Of a stretch of 64,000 nt of DNA, positions 27,278 to 37,092 are shown piece by piece (position 1 is the first letter of the stretch; each line of letters begins with the position of its first letter). The translations under genes were made by a program, and so were the position numbers. Below the pieces are notes generated by a model, which was not told the origin of the DNA, did not search any database, and was given only the letters and a program-made list of their open reading frames with translations. Where the stretch lies: contig OY970359.1 in NCBI GenBank assembly GCA_963718665.1, positions 992,001 to 1,056,000 on the forward strand. Reading direction: 5' to 3'. This DNA is from an uncultured Phycisphaerales bacterium (lineage in GTDB: Bacteria; Planctomycetota; Phycisphaerae; Sedimentisphaerales; Anaerobacaceae).

Positions 27278-27782
27278 AAGACATAAAAGAAATATATAAA
27301 AACCCGATGTTTTATTACATGCTCGTTCCTGCCCTGGCGGCGTTTTGGCCTGTGATTATATGGGGTGTTTACCTTCCCGGCGCCGCGCAAACTATAATAA
27401 CGACGCGGAGCAGTATCAGAAGTCGCAACCGCTGATGGAGGAGCTTATCGCAGCCGACCCGGAGCGTCTGAACGCAACCAAGGGGAAAGAGGCGTCAGCC
27501 GGATTCGACTACGCGACCGCCGTCCAGAAGGCCGCTGAATTCTGCTCAGTTTCCGCCAACAACTATAAACTGTCTTCAGGCGTGATTCTTAAATCCGAAG
27601 GGCAGAAAACCCAGTCCGCCAACGTTTCGCTGAAGGGCGTAGAAATAGCAAAGGCCGCCAGGTTTCTGTCCTCGATACAGCAACACTGGTCAGGCCTTCA
27701 ATGCACGAAGATAAACTTCAGAAAAAACAAGGGCCAGCCCGACGCATGGGACGTTGATTTGACGTTCAAGTATTATTATTGA
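27274..27782 (+). CDS. GspM-like protein, split by a frameshift near 27390
   Basis: ATG at 27274 overlaps the upstream stop (ATGA) and encodes MKDIKEIYKNPMFYYMLVPALAAFWPVIIWGVYLPGAAQ (TM anchor). The periplasmic part continues in another frame (NYNNDAEQ...FKYYY). Confidence 0.7.
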
Positions 27783-27845
27783 TGGCGGGTTTAAAATCGG
27801 ATGTTGGGTGTTCGACGTTATAATTGATTGACATTATTTTTACAT

Positions 27846-27886
27846 AAAAAAAGCCGAGGCCTGCTTTTTCAAGCAGGCCCCGGTTT
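27846..27886 (-). terminator. Rho-independent terminator of PEP-CTERM gene 1 (may also serve the converging T2SS operon)
   Basis: AAAAAAA-GCCGAGGCCTGCTT / AAGCAGGCCCCGGTTT hairpin. Confidence 0.75.
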
Positions 27887-27922
27887 AATACTACTTTGTA
27901 ACCTTTGCTTTGCCAGCAGAAA

Positions 27923-28573
27923 TTATTTCTTCCTGCGAATCAAAGCAAGACCACCGAGACCGAGCAGCGCCATTGTTGCCGGTTCGGGGGTGCACAATCT
28001 GAGGTTGTCAAAATAGAAAACAGCCGAACTTTGCTGGCCATCGTTCGAATAGACGTTCAGGATGGGGAATATTTGCAGCCAATTCGGAGCAACACCCCCC
28101 AGCGATGCAACAATACTGGCAATACTAACTTTCATGGTATCCATGTCATCTTGTCCAGACAAAGCGCTATACCAGCCGCCTGCCATAACATTGGATGTCT
28201 GCGTCCAGCTAATACCGCCGCCCTGGATGGCAAAGTCCATATTAAATCCAGCATCGCCCGTCCAATCTGCATTAAACGTTGTGACGTCCATCTCAATATA
28301 CGTGCTCTGCATGAAAGCATTCGCAAAGGACGGGATATCCATTTCGCCGACGAAACCCCAGCCAACGCCCGCAACGACGCCGAGGCTCAATAACCCATCT
28401 GAATTGCCAACGGTTTGACCGCCGACAAGCGTCGGACCCCAGCTATTCAAACCATCTATGCCACCGTCTTCCCAGCTTGTAATTTGCGCTACAACAGGAT
28501 CAGTAGAATAGGCAGCATAGGACGTCGAGGCAAGAGCTAACACTAAACAAACAGAAACTATCAATTTACTCAT
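27923..28573 (-). CDS. PEP-CTERM sorting-domain protein 1
   Basis: ATG at 28573 after AGGAGGAG; signal peptide; C-terminal TPEPATMALLGLGGLALIRRKK. Confidence 0.92.
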   Translation of the reverse strand: MSKLIVSVCLVLALASTSYAAYSTDPVVAQITSWEDGGIDGLNSWGPTLVGGQTVGNSDGLLSLGVVAGVGWGFVGEMDIPSFANAFMQSTYIEMDVTTFNADWTGDAGFNMDFAIQGGGISWTQTSNVMAGGWYSALSGQDDMDTMKVSIASIVASLGGVAPNWLQIFPILNVYSNDGQQSSAVFYFDNLRLCTPEPATMALLGLGGLALIRRKK

Positions 28574-28858
28574 ACTCGTACTCCTCCTTCTTCGATTGTT
28601 ATCACTTTCTTCGCTCGTTAATCCTGGCAACAAGCCAGAATTTCGTTGTTCTCGACAAACTCACTCTCTACTTTGCTTTTATCTCGAACAACAACAAGCA
28701 CTACAGTTTGACTTTCACCTTTTACAACCTTGTGCTTGCCTAACGTTAAATAAAGCGACAACTTCTTCACTTCATTTATTCACTTTTCAATTGGCTGCAC
28801 CCTCCTCTCACGAGGGAGCCATATCTACACACGTATGTGGTAACTCTTTACAATAGTG

Positions 28859-28966
28859 AGAATACCACATTTGCCGCCTATATGTCAAGAGAAATTATTA
28901 TAGGATGCAAAAAAAGTTATAGGTCTCGCTATGTTGCGTAACTACTGTATTATCAAGAAGTTATGC
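28859..28966 (-). promoter_or_regulatory. Promoter (TTGACA-N18-TATTCT) and upstream palindrome GCGTAAC-N17-GTTATGC of PEP-CTERM gene 1
   Basis: TGTCAA at 28883-28888 reads TTGACA on the minus strand; palindrome at 28936-28966; the same layout occurs upstream of paralog 2. Confidence 0.6.
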
Positions 28967-29051
28967 GACGCAGCATTGCTGTTAATTTGGGTAATTTTTA
29001 TTATTCCGTAAAATGTCAGTATCAATACTGAAACGCTATCTCTGTTTCCAC

Positions 29052-29089
29052 AAAAAACAAGGGCCTGTCTCGTTTGTGGGACAGGCCCT
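29052..29089 (-). terminator. Rho-independent terminator of PEP-CTERM gene 2
   Basis: AAAAAACA-AGGGCCTGTCTC / GGGACAGGCCCT hairpin. Confidence 0.75.
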
Positions 29090-29115
29090 ATCATTGCTTA
29101 TTGTCTCAGGCCCGA

Positions 29116-29643
29116 TTACTTTTTCCTGCGAATCAAGGCAAGACCGCCTAAACCAAGCAGAGCCATTGTCGCCGGCTCAGGAGTTAACTTCAGGTTGTCG
29201 AGGTACAAAACATACTGTGTATTCTGGCCATCGTTTGAATAACTGTTCTCGATAAGGAATATTTGAACCCAATTGCATGAAGAACCCGGCTTAAGCGCAC
29301 TGTAATCAAATGTGGCCGTAATCGTCCTGTCACCGTCGGCAGAGTTCCACCAGGGAAGAACATCATTATCCTGGGTCCAGGAAATACCATCACCCTGAAT
29401 GGCCCAGCCCATATTGAAGCCGGAATCGCCTGGCCAATCCGCCGTCAATGAGGTGACGTCAATACTTATTTTTGAGTTGGCCGCGAAATCGGCAGCACTG
29501 ATGTCTAGTGGGCCGATGAATCCCCAGCCGATTGGCCCCACAACTGGCCCGCCCGGGTAGGGTTCGGGAGGAATAATTATATTGCTGTAGCCGGTTGAGA
29601 CAAGGAACAATATCAAACAAACAGAAATGAATCCTCTACACAT
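29116..29643 (-). CDS. PEP-CTERM sorting-domain protein 2 (paralog of protein 1)
   Basis: Signal peptide; shared core ADW.GD.GFNM..AIQG.GISWTQ and YSNDGQ; identical TPEPATMALLGLGGLALIRRKK tail. Confidence 0.92.
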   Translation of the reverse strand: MCRGFISVCLILFLVSTGYSNIIIPPEPYPGGPVVGPIGWGFIGPLDISAADFAANSKISIDVTSLTADWPGDSGFNMGWAIQGDGISWTQDNDVLPWWNSADGDRTITATFDYSALKPGSSCNWVQIFLIENSYSNDGQNTQYVLYLDNLKLTPEPATMALLGLGGLALIRRKK

Positions 29644-29745
29644 AATCTACTCCTCCTTCTTCATTAGGTACTCACCCTTTTCCTTATTTTACTGAGTTAC
29701 CCCTGCTCTCTATCAGGGATATATTAACTCATCATTACTCAATCA

Positions 29746-29855
29746 ATTTTAACCACCTTATTCGCTAAATGTCAAGAAAATTATAAGACGAAGCATTTTT
29801 TTTGGGGGGGGCAATGTTGCTATTGTATAACCGTAGTATTACCAATGGGTTATGC
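29746..29855 (-). promoter_or_regulatory. Promoter (TTGACA-N18-TAAAAT) and upstream palindrome GTATAAC-N17-GTTATGC of PEP-CTERM gene 2
   Basis: TGTCAA at 29770-29775; palindrome at 29825-29855. Confidence 0.6.
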
Positions 29856-29938
29856 GTGATAAAGGCGCAAATAAAATTGTCTGTTTTGCCGGCTAACGGC
29901 ACCAAAATTATCTTGCTTTAAGGATTATTCTGCCCGGT

Positions 29939-32377
29939 TTAATCCTGAGGGTAAATAATAATCCTGTCGTGAATAATTGTTACCAGGTCGGCCTTGCCGT
30001 CGCCTGTAACATCGGCAACCTTCATTTGTCGCGGCTCGACGCCTGCCCCTTGTCTGCCTTCGCGGTAGGTCTTGTCTTCGAATGTTTTGAACCGCATCGC
30101 CGGGACGGGTTTGCCTGCCGAATCGAGAGTCAGTATTTCGATATGATTATGTTTGTATTCGACCATTATAATGTCGGTCCTTTTGTCGCCGTTGATATCG
30201 CCGGTGGTGAAATTGCCGTAGGCACCGTCCTTTATCTTTGTTTCATAGCTGAATTTCTGTTCGAGCCGATACCGATTTGTTTTGGCTCCGGGCGGGATAA
30301 CAAGCCCTAATTTTTCGCCGTCGAACAGCAGGATATCATCAGGCCCGCCGCCGGTGAGGGATGCGGTTAACATTTTGACGCCCGATGCCGGGTTCCAGGT
30401 TCCGACGTCCAGCTCTTTGTCGAAGCGGAATGTTTTATCTGTATCCTGGGTAAGAATCTGGAGCCGGCCTTTTTGACCATCCAATAATAATATCGCTTTG
30501 CTGTCTTTTGCGCCGTCAACTTTCATCTTTGCCTCGGCGACAGCCGAAATACGATTCTCTGCGCTCTTGGCGTTATACTGGTCAAGGACTGTCCACTCTC
30601 CGTTTGCGAATGTCATACTTCTGGCGAAATTGTTCTGAGCTACCAAAAGCTCATCACCCGGCTTGCCGTCAACGCCAGCCGAGTAAATCGAGCGAAGGGT
30701 CGCCTCTTTTATCAAGCTGGTCTGTGCCTTTGGGGAATCGACGACCTCGAATTTTCGTTTTTGGGTCTGGCGAACAAGGATGGGCAGCTCGTATTTGACA
30801 AATATAAGCACATCTTTTAAACCATCGTGGTCAACGTCGATGACCTTTATACCCTGCGGATTCGTGGCAAGCTGCGGAAGCTCGACGGCGAGGGTATCGT
30901 TGGCGTCGGCTTTTGCAACATTATAGATTATCCGAAGCGACCTTGTGTCGGACTGTGAGCGGGAGACATATACACAATCAACTGACTTGTCGCCGTCTAT
31001 ATCGCTTAATTCCATAGCAAGCGGCTCACCTGTCAAATCGACGGCCTTCGGGAAGGTCAATCGTCCCGACTCGAATTTACTTATGCCGATTGTTTTTTCC
31101 TTGATGCTCAACACGCCGAGTTCGCTCTTACCGTCGCCGTCAATGTCGGCAGCTGATAAAGCGTCGGTATCTGCCAGGCACGGGAATCTTGCCGGTTCCG
31201 CCAGTCCTACGCCTGGTATTTGCCTGTACAACACGAGTTCCGCCGCACCGGGGTCGCTGATTACGACGTCCGCGAGTTTGTCGCCGTCAAAATCGCCGAC
31301 TACGAGGTCTCGCTTTTCGCTGCCCTGCCCTGCGGCAAGAGGATAAAACAGCACGGGCCAGTCATCGCTCTGCGAGTTGTCCGCGACCAGTTTATAGCAC
31401 ACCAGTCGTCTGCTTATAGCGTCAATCGCAACTATATCCTTACCTTCTTTGCCGCCCATATCAGCAAGCTCCAGCACCAGAGGCATTTCAGATAACAGGC
31501 GCATTTCGGGTCCCAACTGGCCATTTTTCTGCCCGAGGCGGACGTGGATGGGTCTTTCGGCGTCGTCGGTAACAAGCAGCAGGTCGTTTATGCCGTTGCC
31601 GGTGAGGTCGCCGACCTCGGCACCGATGATTCGAGCCGTAGCCGGATACTTGACCGGCTCGCTGAGAGAGCCGTCTTTTTTCTGCAGCAAGACGTATATG
31701 GCGTCTCTGCCGACCACAATCAGGTCTTTTCTGCCGTCGTTGTCTATATCCGCACAGATAAGGGCATTCTCATTAGGTAAGGCATCGTCGATATTGATGC
31801 GTTTCACCGGCTGCCAGGTTAATGTTTTCGATTTGTGTTTTTCCTTTTGCGGTTTTTGTAACAATATATACAGGCCTCGCGGTTCGCCGTAGTATGCCAA
31901 ATCAATCAGCCCGTCGCCATTGAGGTCGCCGGAAACCATACTGTATATCCGCTGCGAGACAGGCACGGTTTGCCTGGCAAATCGGCTCGGACCTACCAGG
32001 GCGTTGATATCGACGTCATTGGGGTCAACCGCCACGTCCTGGTCCTGGGGGCCGATTGAATCCTTTTGAAGCAGAATCTCTATCGCAGCTTTTCGGTTGT
32101 TGGCCACGGCGATGTCGTTTCGGCCGTCGCCGTCAAAATCGGCAATCTGCAAATTCTGAATACCCCAGTCCAGCTTGATGATTTCCATCTCGCCGAATCC
32201 GTAGTATTCGCCGATGCCGTTCGCGTCCGGCTGGTTAACGTCCTGCCCCGGCTGTTCTTTAACGGGTTTGCTTATGCCTGCCGTTGCTATCGTAAGGCAT
32301 AATAATATGATTGTGCCCTTAATCGTTCGCACTGGAAACCTCCACGCAACTGAGTTATCTTCAAATCGTTTACTCAA
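29939..32377 (-). CDS. Secreted FG-GAP/VCBS repeat (beta-propeller) protein
   Basis: Many D(F/L/I)xGDGxxD repeats (ADFDGDGRND, GDLNGDGLID, ADIDGDGKSE, ADVTGDGKAD); N-terminal signal. Confidence 0.88.
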   Translation of the reverse strand: MSKRFEDNSVAWRFPVRTIKGTIILLCLTIATAGISKPVKEQPGQDVNQPDANGIGEYYGFGEMEIIKLDWGIQNLQIADFDGDGRNDIAVANNRKAAIEILLQKDSIGPQDQDVAVDPNDVDINALVGPSRFARQTVPVSQRIYSMVSGDLNGDGLIDLAYYGEPRGLYILLQKPQKEKHKSKTLTWQPVKRINIDDALPNENALICADIDNDGRKDLIVVGRDAIYVLLQKKDGSLSEPVKYPATARIIGAEVGDLTGNGINDLLLVTDDAERPIHVRLGQKNGQLGPEMRLLSEMPLVLELADMGGKEGKDIVAIDAISRRLVCYKLVADNSQSDDWPVLFYPLAAGQGSEKRDLVVGDFDGDKLADVVISDPGAAELVLYRQIPGVGLAEPARFPCLADTDALSAADIDGDGKSELGVLSIKEKTIGISKFESGRLTFPKAVDLTGEPLAMELSDIDGDKSVDCVYVSRSQSDTRSLRIIYNVAKADANDTLAVELPQLATNPQGIKVIDVDHDGLKDVLIFVKYELPILVRQTQKRKFEVVDSPKAQTSLIKEATLRSIYSAGVDGKPGDELLVAQNNFARSMTFANGEWTVLDQYNAKSAENRISAVAEAKMKVDGAKDSKAILLLDGQKGRLQILTQDTDKTFRFDKELDVGTWNPASGVKMLTASLTGGGPDDILLFDGEKLGLVIPPGAKTNRYRLEQKFSYETKIKDGAYGNFTTGDINGDKRTDIIMVEYKHNHIEILTLDSAGKPVPAMRFKTFEDKTYREGRQGAGVEPRQMKVADVTGDGKADLVTIIHDRIIIYPQD

Positions 32378-32471
32378 TCATCAATTATCAAGCATCGGTT
32401 GTCAATACTCTGGCACTTATCAGCCAGCTATGTTATTCTTATTGCGCATTAAACAGTAAGGGATTACAGGT

Positions 32472-33452
32472 ATGGCAGAAAGATACGATTGCATAATAAT
32501 CGGAGCGGGCCCGGCCGGACTGGCGGCCGGGTTATACGCCGCGAGAGACCGGTTTAAAATGCTGCTGCTCGAAAAGTTTGTTCCGGGCGGGCAAATCAAC
32601 AGCACCGACAGAATTGAAAACTACCCCGGTTTCGAGCGCATAAGCGGCTATGAACTTATCGAAAAAATGCAAAAGCAGACCGTCTCCTTCGGCGGCGAAA
32701 TCAAAACGGGGTCGGAAGTAACCGCCCTGAAGAAATTAAGCAACGGCGACATCGAAATTTCCTGCGATAAAGACAAATACCTCGCCCGCGCGGTCATACT
32801 TGCCCCCGGCAGCGACTACCGCAAGCTCGGTATTCCCGGCGAGGACAAGTTTCGCAACGCAGGGGCGGGCGTAAGCTACTGCGGGACCTGCGACGCGCCT
32901 TTCTTCAAAGGTAAATCCGTCGCGGCAATCGGGGGAGGCAATACCGCGCTGGAAGAGACGCTGCACCTGTGCAAATTCGCCGCCAAAGTAACGCTGCTTC
33001 ACCGCAGGAACGAATTCCGCGCGACCAAAGTCCTGCAGGAAGAGCTTATCGCGAAGAGTAAAGAGCCGAATACGAATCTGCTGATTAGATACAGCACCGT
33101 GGCGACCGCCATCGAGGGCAAAGACAAGGTTGAATCCGTCCGGCTGAAAAACGTTAAAACCAATAAAGAAGAAAGTTATCCCTGCGACGGGGTTTTCATT
33201 TTCGTCGGGATGGTTCCCAGCACCGGGTTTCTCAGGGGTTTCGTTGATTTGACCGACGACGGTTTCATCAAGTGTGATTTCGCACACCTAAGGACGAGCG
33301 TCCCCGGCGTATTCGCGGCGGGTGATTGTCGGGTGGGAGCCGCGATGCAGCTCTCGACGGCTGTAGGCGACGGGGCAAACGCGGCGATGATGCTGAAAAA
33401 CTATTTCCGCGATTCAAACTGGTGGAGTCAGCCGGCGGGCGGGGGACTTTGA
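32472..33452 (+). CDS. trxB: Thioredoxin reductase
   Basis: GAGPAG FAD motif, SYCGTCD redox motif, GGGNTA NADPH motif, TSVPGVFAAGD. Confidence 0.95.
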   Translation: MAERYDCIIIGAGPAGLAAGLYAARDRFKMLLLEKFVPGGQINSTDRIENYPGFERISGYELIEKMQKQTVSFGGEIKTGSEVTALKKLSNGDIEISCDKDKYLARAVILAPGSDYRKLGIPGEDKFRNAGAGVSYCGTCDAPFFKGKSVAAIGGGNTALEETLHLCKFAAKVTLLHRRNEFRATKVLQEELIAKSKEPNTNLLIRYSTVATAIEGKDKVESVRLKNVKTNKEESYPCDGVFIFVGMVPSTGFLRGFVDLTDDGFIKCDFAHLRTSVPGVFAAGDCRVGAAMQLSTAVGDGANAAMMLKNYFRDSNWWSQPAGGGL

Positions 33453-33459
33453 GTTTCGC

Positions 33460-33786
33460 TTAAAGCAGCTCGTCGATTGCCGCAGCGAGGTCTTTCTTGC
33501 TGGTCAGGCCGACCCATTTCTTCTGGACCTGTCCGTCTTTGAAAAGGATGATTGTTGGTATCGCGCTGATGCCGAATTCCATAGCGCTATCCCTGGCATC
33601 GTCGGTATTGAGCTTGCAGACCTTCGCCTTGCCTGTGTAGTCCCTGGCGAATTCCTCGATGATTGGCCCCATCATCCTGCAGGGGCCGCACCATGGCGCC
33701 CAGAAATCCACCAGCACGGGCGTGCCCGCTGTATGAATCATTTCATCGAAATCCGCGTCGGTAAGCTCAACTACATTGCCAGCCAT
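33460..33786 (-). CDS. trxA: Thioredoxin
   Basis: VDFWAPWCGPC; ATG at 33786 after GGAAAGGA. Confidence 0.96.
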   Translation of the reverse strand: MAGNVVELTDADFDEMIHTAGTPVLVDFWAPWCGPCRMMGPIIEEFARDYTGKAKVCKLNTDDARDSAMEFGISAIPTIILFKDGQVQKKWVGLTSKKDLAAAIDELL

Positions 33787-33875
33787 TTTTTGATTCCTTT
33801 CCAAAATTGGCCTCAGGTTAACCGGATTTTATAGAGTCGGCCAATAACTGTCAAACGCTTATTACGTTTTTCTGT

Positions 33876-34964
33876 TTATGATTGTTCTTTTATTTGGCCG
33901 TCCAGCGGTTCTGGTTCGTCGGCTGTTTGTTTGGATTTGTCTTTCGGAGGCAATTCCGCAATAGGTATAGGCAGATGCAATTCCGTTTGTGCTTCTTCGA
34001 CGGGCTGCTCGATTGTAGAATTGTCAGCAGGCGGTATTTCTACTATTGGTATAGGCAGTTGCGATTCCTGCTCTGTTTCGGTTATTTCATCAATTGCAAA
34101 ATCCGGCTCCGCGGGTAATTCCTCAGCCGAGGCAGGCATCGGCTGCTGTTCTATTGCCGCCACTGCCTGCTGGCTGGCTGCTTCCTCTGCTTCGATTCTC
34201 ATTATCGCTTTACGAACGGCCTCTTCCGGCGGCGCATCGGTCAGCGCACGAAGGGATATTTTGCCTGTTTCCTGGTTTTGTTCCACCCAGATTAACTGCG
34301 ACCTGATAAGCTCCAGTATGGCCAAAAACAGTCCCACCAGCACCAGCCGGCTGCCTCGCGGCTCGAAAATGCGCTCGAAGCTCATCTGACCTTCTTTTTG
34401 CAGCCGATGCAAAATCTCTATCTGATACAAGTCGATCGGTGTGTCGTCCGTAATGTGACTTATATCGAATTTGGCGCCGGTCGCCTCCATAATTGCGTCG
34501 AAGGCCTCAAGCAGATTCCAGACGCTGACTTGGTCGAGGTCAACCGTTGGCTCGGCATTGGGCTTGAATTGCTCGATAACCGTATCAGGCCTGGCGAACC
34601 GGTCGCCATGTTCCTCGGCTGATGCCGCGAGCATATTTGCCGCGTCTTTGAATCGCTTGTATTCCAAAAGCTGTCTTATAAGCTCAGCACGCGGGTCTGA
34701 CAAATCTTCCGCCCCGATTTCCTCTCCCTGCGTCTTTGGCAGAAGCATAGCCGATTTTATCTGCATCAGCGTCGCCGCCATTACCAGGAAATCTCCCGCC
34801 ACGTCGATATCAAGCTGCTTTAGTATGTCGATATAACGAATGTACTGGTCGGTGATTTTCGCAAGGGGTATGTCATAAATATCAACCTCTTCCTTGCGGA
34901 CAAGGTACAAAAGCAGGTCCAAAGGCCCCGCGAATATCTCAAGATTTACCCGATAATCAGCCAA
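33876..34964 (-). CDS. scpA: Segregation and condensation protein A (kleisin) with an acidic C-terminal extension
   Basis: F.GPLDLLLYL, FLVMAATL..IKS..LLP, FLAILEL. Confidence 0.93.
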   Translation of the reverse strand: MADYRVNLEIFAGPLDLLLYLVRKEEVDIYDIPLAKITDQYIRYIDILKQLDIDVAGDFLVMAATLMQIKSAMLLPKTQGEEIGAEDLSDPRAELIRQLLEYKRFKDAANMLAASAEEHGDRFARPDTVIEQFKPNAEPTVDLDQVSVWNLLEAFDAIMEATGAKFDISHITDDTPIDLYQIEILHRLQKEGQMSFERIFEPRGSRLVLVGLFLAILELIRSQLIWVEQNQETGKISLRALTDAPPEEAVRKAIMRIEAEEAASQQAVAAIEQQPMPASAEELPAEPDFAIDEITETEQESQLPIPIVEIPPADNSTIEQPVEEAQTELHLPIPIAELPPKDKSKQTADEPEPLDGQIKEQS

Positions 34965-35264
34965 TTACAACTCCTCCTCCTTTGGGTCATAGGGCTCATC
35001 CGCCTCGTCCGTTTCATCCATTACTTCATATTTTTCCGGCTCGTGACCTTGTTCCTGTTCCTCAAGTATCTGTTTGGCCTCATCAGCATCCTTTTCCAGC
35101 ACCTGAAGCTTGACCGTTGCGAATGCCGGTACACCCGCAAGCACATCCGCCCCGTGCTGGCCCGCCAGCGTACTCTTTATCCCAAAATCGTCTAAAACCT
35201 GTTTAGCCATCTCGGCCTGCATCGAATCCATATACTCGGCTATTGTAACAAGTTTATCTTCCAT
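34965..35264 (-). CDS. DUF2007-like putative signal-transducing small protein
   Basis: LVTIAEY...AEMAK..L...GI, VKLQV...DA.EA..IL pattern. Confidence 0.75.
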   Translation of the reverse strand: MEDKLVTIAEYMDSMQAEMAKQVLDDFGIKSTLAGQHGADVLAGVPAFATVKLQVLEKDADEAKQILEEQEQGHEPEKYEVMDETDEADEPYDPKEEEL

Positions 35265-36231
35265 AATACTCACCTAACCCTACAGCTTTTCGTGCTTCAA
35301 TCAGCGTCTTTACCGCGACGGCTCTTGCCCGCTGAGCACCTTTCGCCAAAATCTGCCTGAGATAATCAGGGTTACTCTCAAGTTCGGTTCGCTTCTGGCG
35401 GTAAGGCCTGAAGTATTCTACGATAAGCTCGGCCAAGCGTTTCTTCGCTTCGCCGTATCCTGTGCCGCCTTTGTGGTATTTGTCTTCCCACTGTTTGATT
35501 TCTTCGGCTGACGCGAAAAGCTTTAATAGCGCAAATACATTACACTTATCAGGATTTTTCGGCGCCTCAACCGGCGTTGAGTCGGTAACTATTTTCATAA
35601 CTTTACTTTTGATGCTCTTTTCCGGCTCGAACATCTCAATCGTGTTGCCGTAACTTTTGCTCATTTTTCGGCCGTCGATACCCGGCACGACCGCAACCGA
35701 TTCTATAATGTAATCCTTTGGCAGGACAAAAGTTTCGCCGTATGTATTGTTGAAGTAGCCCGCGATGTCGCGTGTAACCTCGATGTGTTGTTTCTGGTCT
35801 GCACCAACGGGCACAACGTCGCTCTTATATATAAGGATGTCCGCCGCCTGCAAAACAGGATACGCGAAAAGCCCATGGTTCGGGCTTATTCCCTGCGCAA
35901 CCTTGTCCTTATAGCTGGTGCACCTTTCTAAAAGCCCCTTCGGCGTAACGCACGACAAAAGCCACGTAAGTTCCGTAACCTCTGGCACATCCGATTGCCG
36001 CCAAAATATCGTTTTTTCCGTATCAAGACCCAGCGCTATGTAATCCATAGCGACGCTGAGGGTGAATTCGGAGACGTCCTTCGGCGAGGGATTGCTCGTC
36101 AGGGCGTGATAGTCGGCGATGAAGAAAAAGCAGTCGTTTCCCTGCTGCATTTGTATATGCTGCCTCATCGCACCGAAATAGTTGCCTATATGCAGCCGAC
36201 CAGATGGCTGAATGCCCGAAAGTACTCTCAT
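35254..36231 (-). CDS. trpS: Tryptophan--tRNA ligase
   Basis: SGIQPSG..HIGN, YPVLQAADIL, VPVGADQ.QH, KMSKS. Confidence 0.98.
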   Translation of the reverse strand: MRVLSGIQPSGRLHIGNYFGAMRQHIQMQQGNDCFFFIADYHALTSNPSPKDVSEFTLSVAMDYIALGLDTEKTIFWRQSDVPEVTELTWLLSCVTPKGLLERCTSYKDKVAQGISPNHGLFAYPVLQAADILIYKSDVVPVGADQKQHIEVTRDIAGYFNNTYGETFVLPKDYIIESVAVVPGIDGRKMSKSYGNTIEMFEPEKSIKSKVMKIVTDSTPVEAPKNPDKCNVFALLKLFASAEEIKQWEDKYHKGGTGYGEAKKRLAELIVEYFRPYRQKRTELESNPDYLRQILAKGAQRARAVAVKTLIEARKAVGLGEYYGR

Positions 36232-36462
36232 AAAGTTGAACCGCCTTCCAAATTCGTCTTGTGCCTTGGGTCTTAGGTCTTATAATAAAAGAGGGTATCT
36301 TTCCCGGCTCCCAAAGTCAAGAGTTTTGCATTCGCAGATGATACCCGGGGTTGCCGCTTTCGGACAATATGCTCACTGGAATGGTCAACAAATGAATGAT
36401 TTCCAAAAGTGGTTGTTAGGAATGGAGGCAGCTTGGATTAAGTATTTGACAGGCGATAAAAA

Positions 36463-37092
36463 ATGAGGGAAATCAATTTAGATAAAAGTCGTTGTATTGG
36501 AGGTATAGTTTTATTTGGCGGCTTCTCCCTCTTTTGGGGATTTGCTTTAATCATGCTCGGCATCTATGACAAAGACGAACCTTTCGATAAGAAGTTAATA
36601 GGAATAGTTTTTGGAATAGGTCTTTTGTTGTGGTTAATAAAAAGCTTCTTCGAATACCTCATAACTTTTCTGAGATTTTACAACTTAAGAATAGAAATTT
36701 TAAGAGACAAATTAATTCTTAGAACTGACACGAAAGAATGCGAAATTCCTATGACTAAAGACACAATTGTAGTGTGTTGCATGGATGGATGGTTAATATT
36801 ATGGCCGTCTAAAAAAAGCGACGGCATAATTTTGCTTCCGAGATTTTTATTGGGAGACGATTTCCTCGAGTTGTGCTTTTATTTTCAGGAAAATACGCAT
36901 TATATCCCGTCTCAAGACATAAGACCTCCTTACCGATCTCCACTCCCATTAGGACTTTTTAATTTAGACTATTATCAGCCTAATGCGGATTATGAGGCGG
37001 CTGAAAAAGAAGAGAATAAGCTATTGGAATCGTTAGAAATTAATAGATTTTGGCCTAACAATCGCCTGAAATATATCAGATGGCCTGCTTAG
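36463..37092 (+). CDS. Hypothetical AT-rich membrane protein (two N-terminal TM helices)
   Basis: 209-aa ORF, visibly more AT-rich than its neighbours, with two hydrophobic segments. Confidence 0.65.
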   Translation: MREINLDKSRCIGGIVLFGGFSLFWGFALIMLGIYDKDEPFDKKLIGIVFGIGLLLWLIKSFFEYLITFLRFYNLRIEILRDKLILRTDTKECEIPMTKDTIVVCCMDGWLILWPSKKSDGIILLPRFLLGDDFLELCFYFQENTHYIPSQDIRPPYRSPLPLGLFNLDYYQPNADYEAAEKEENKLLESLEINRFWPNNRLKYIRWPA

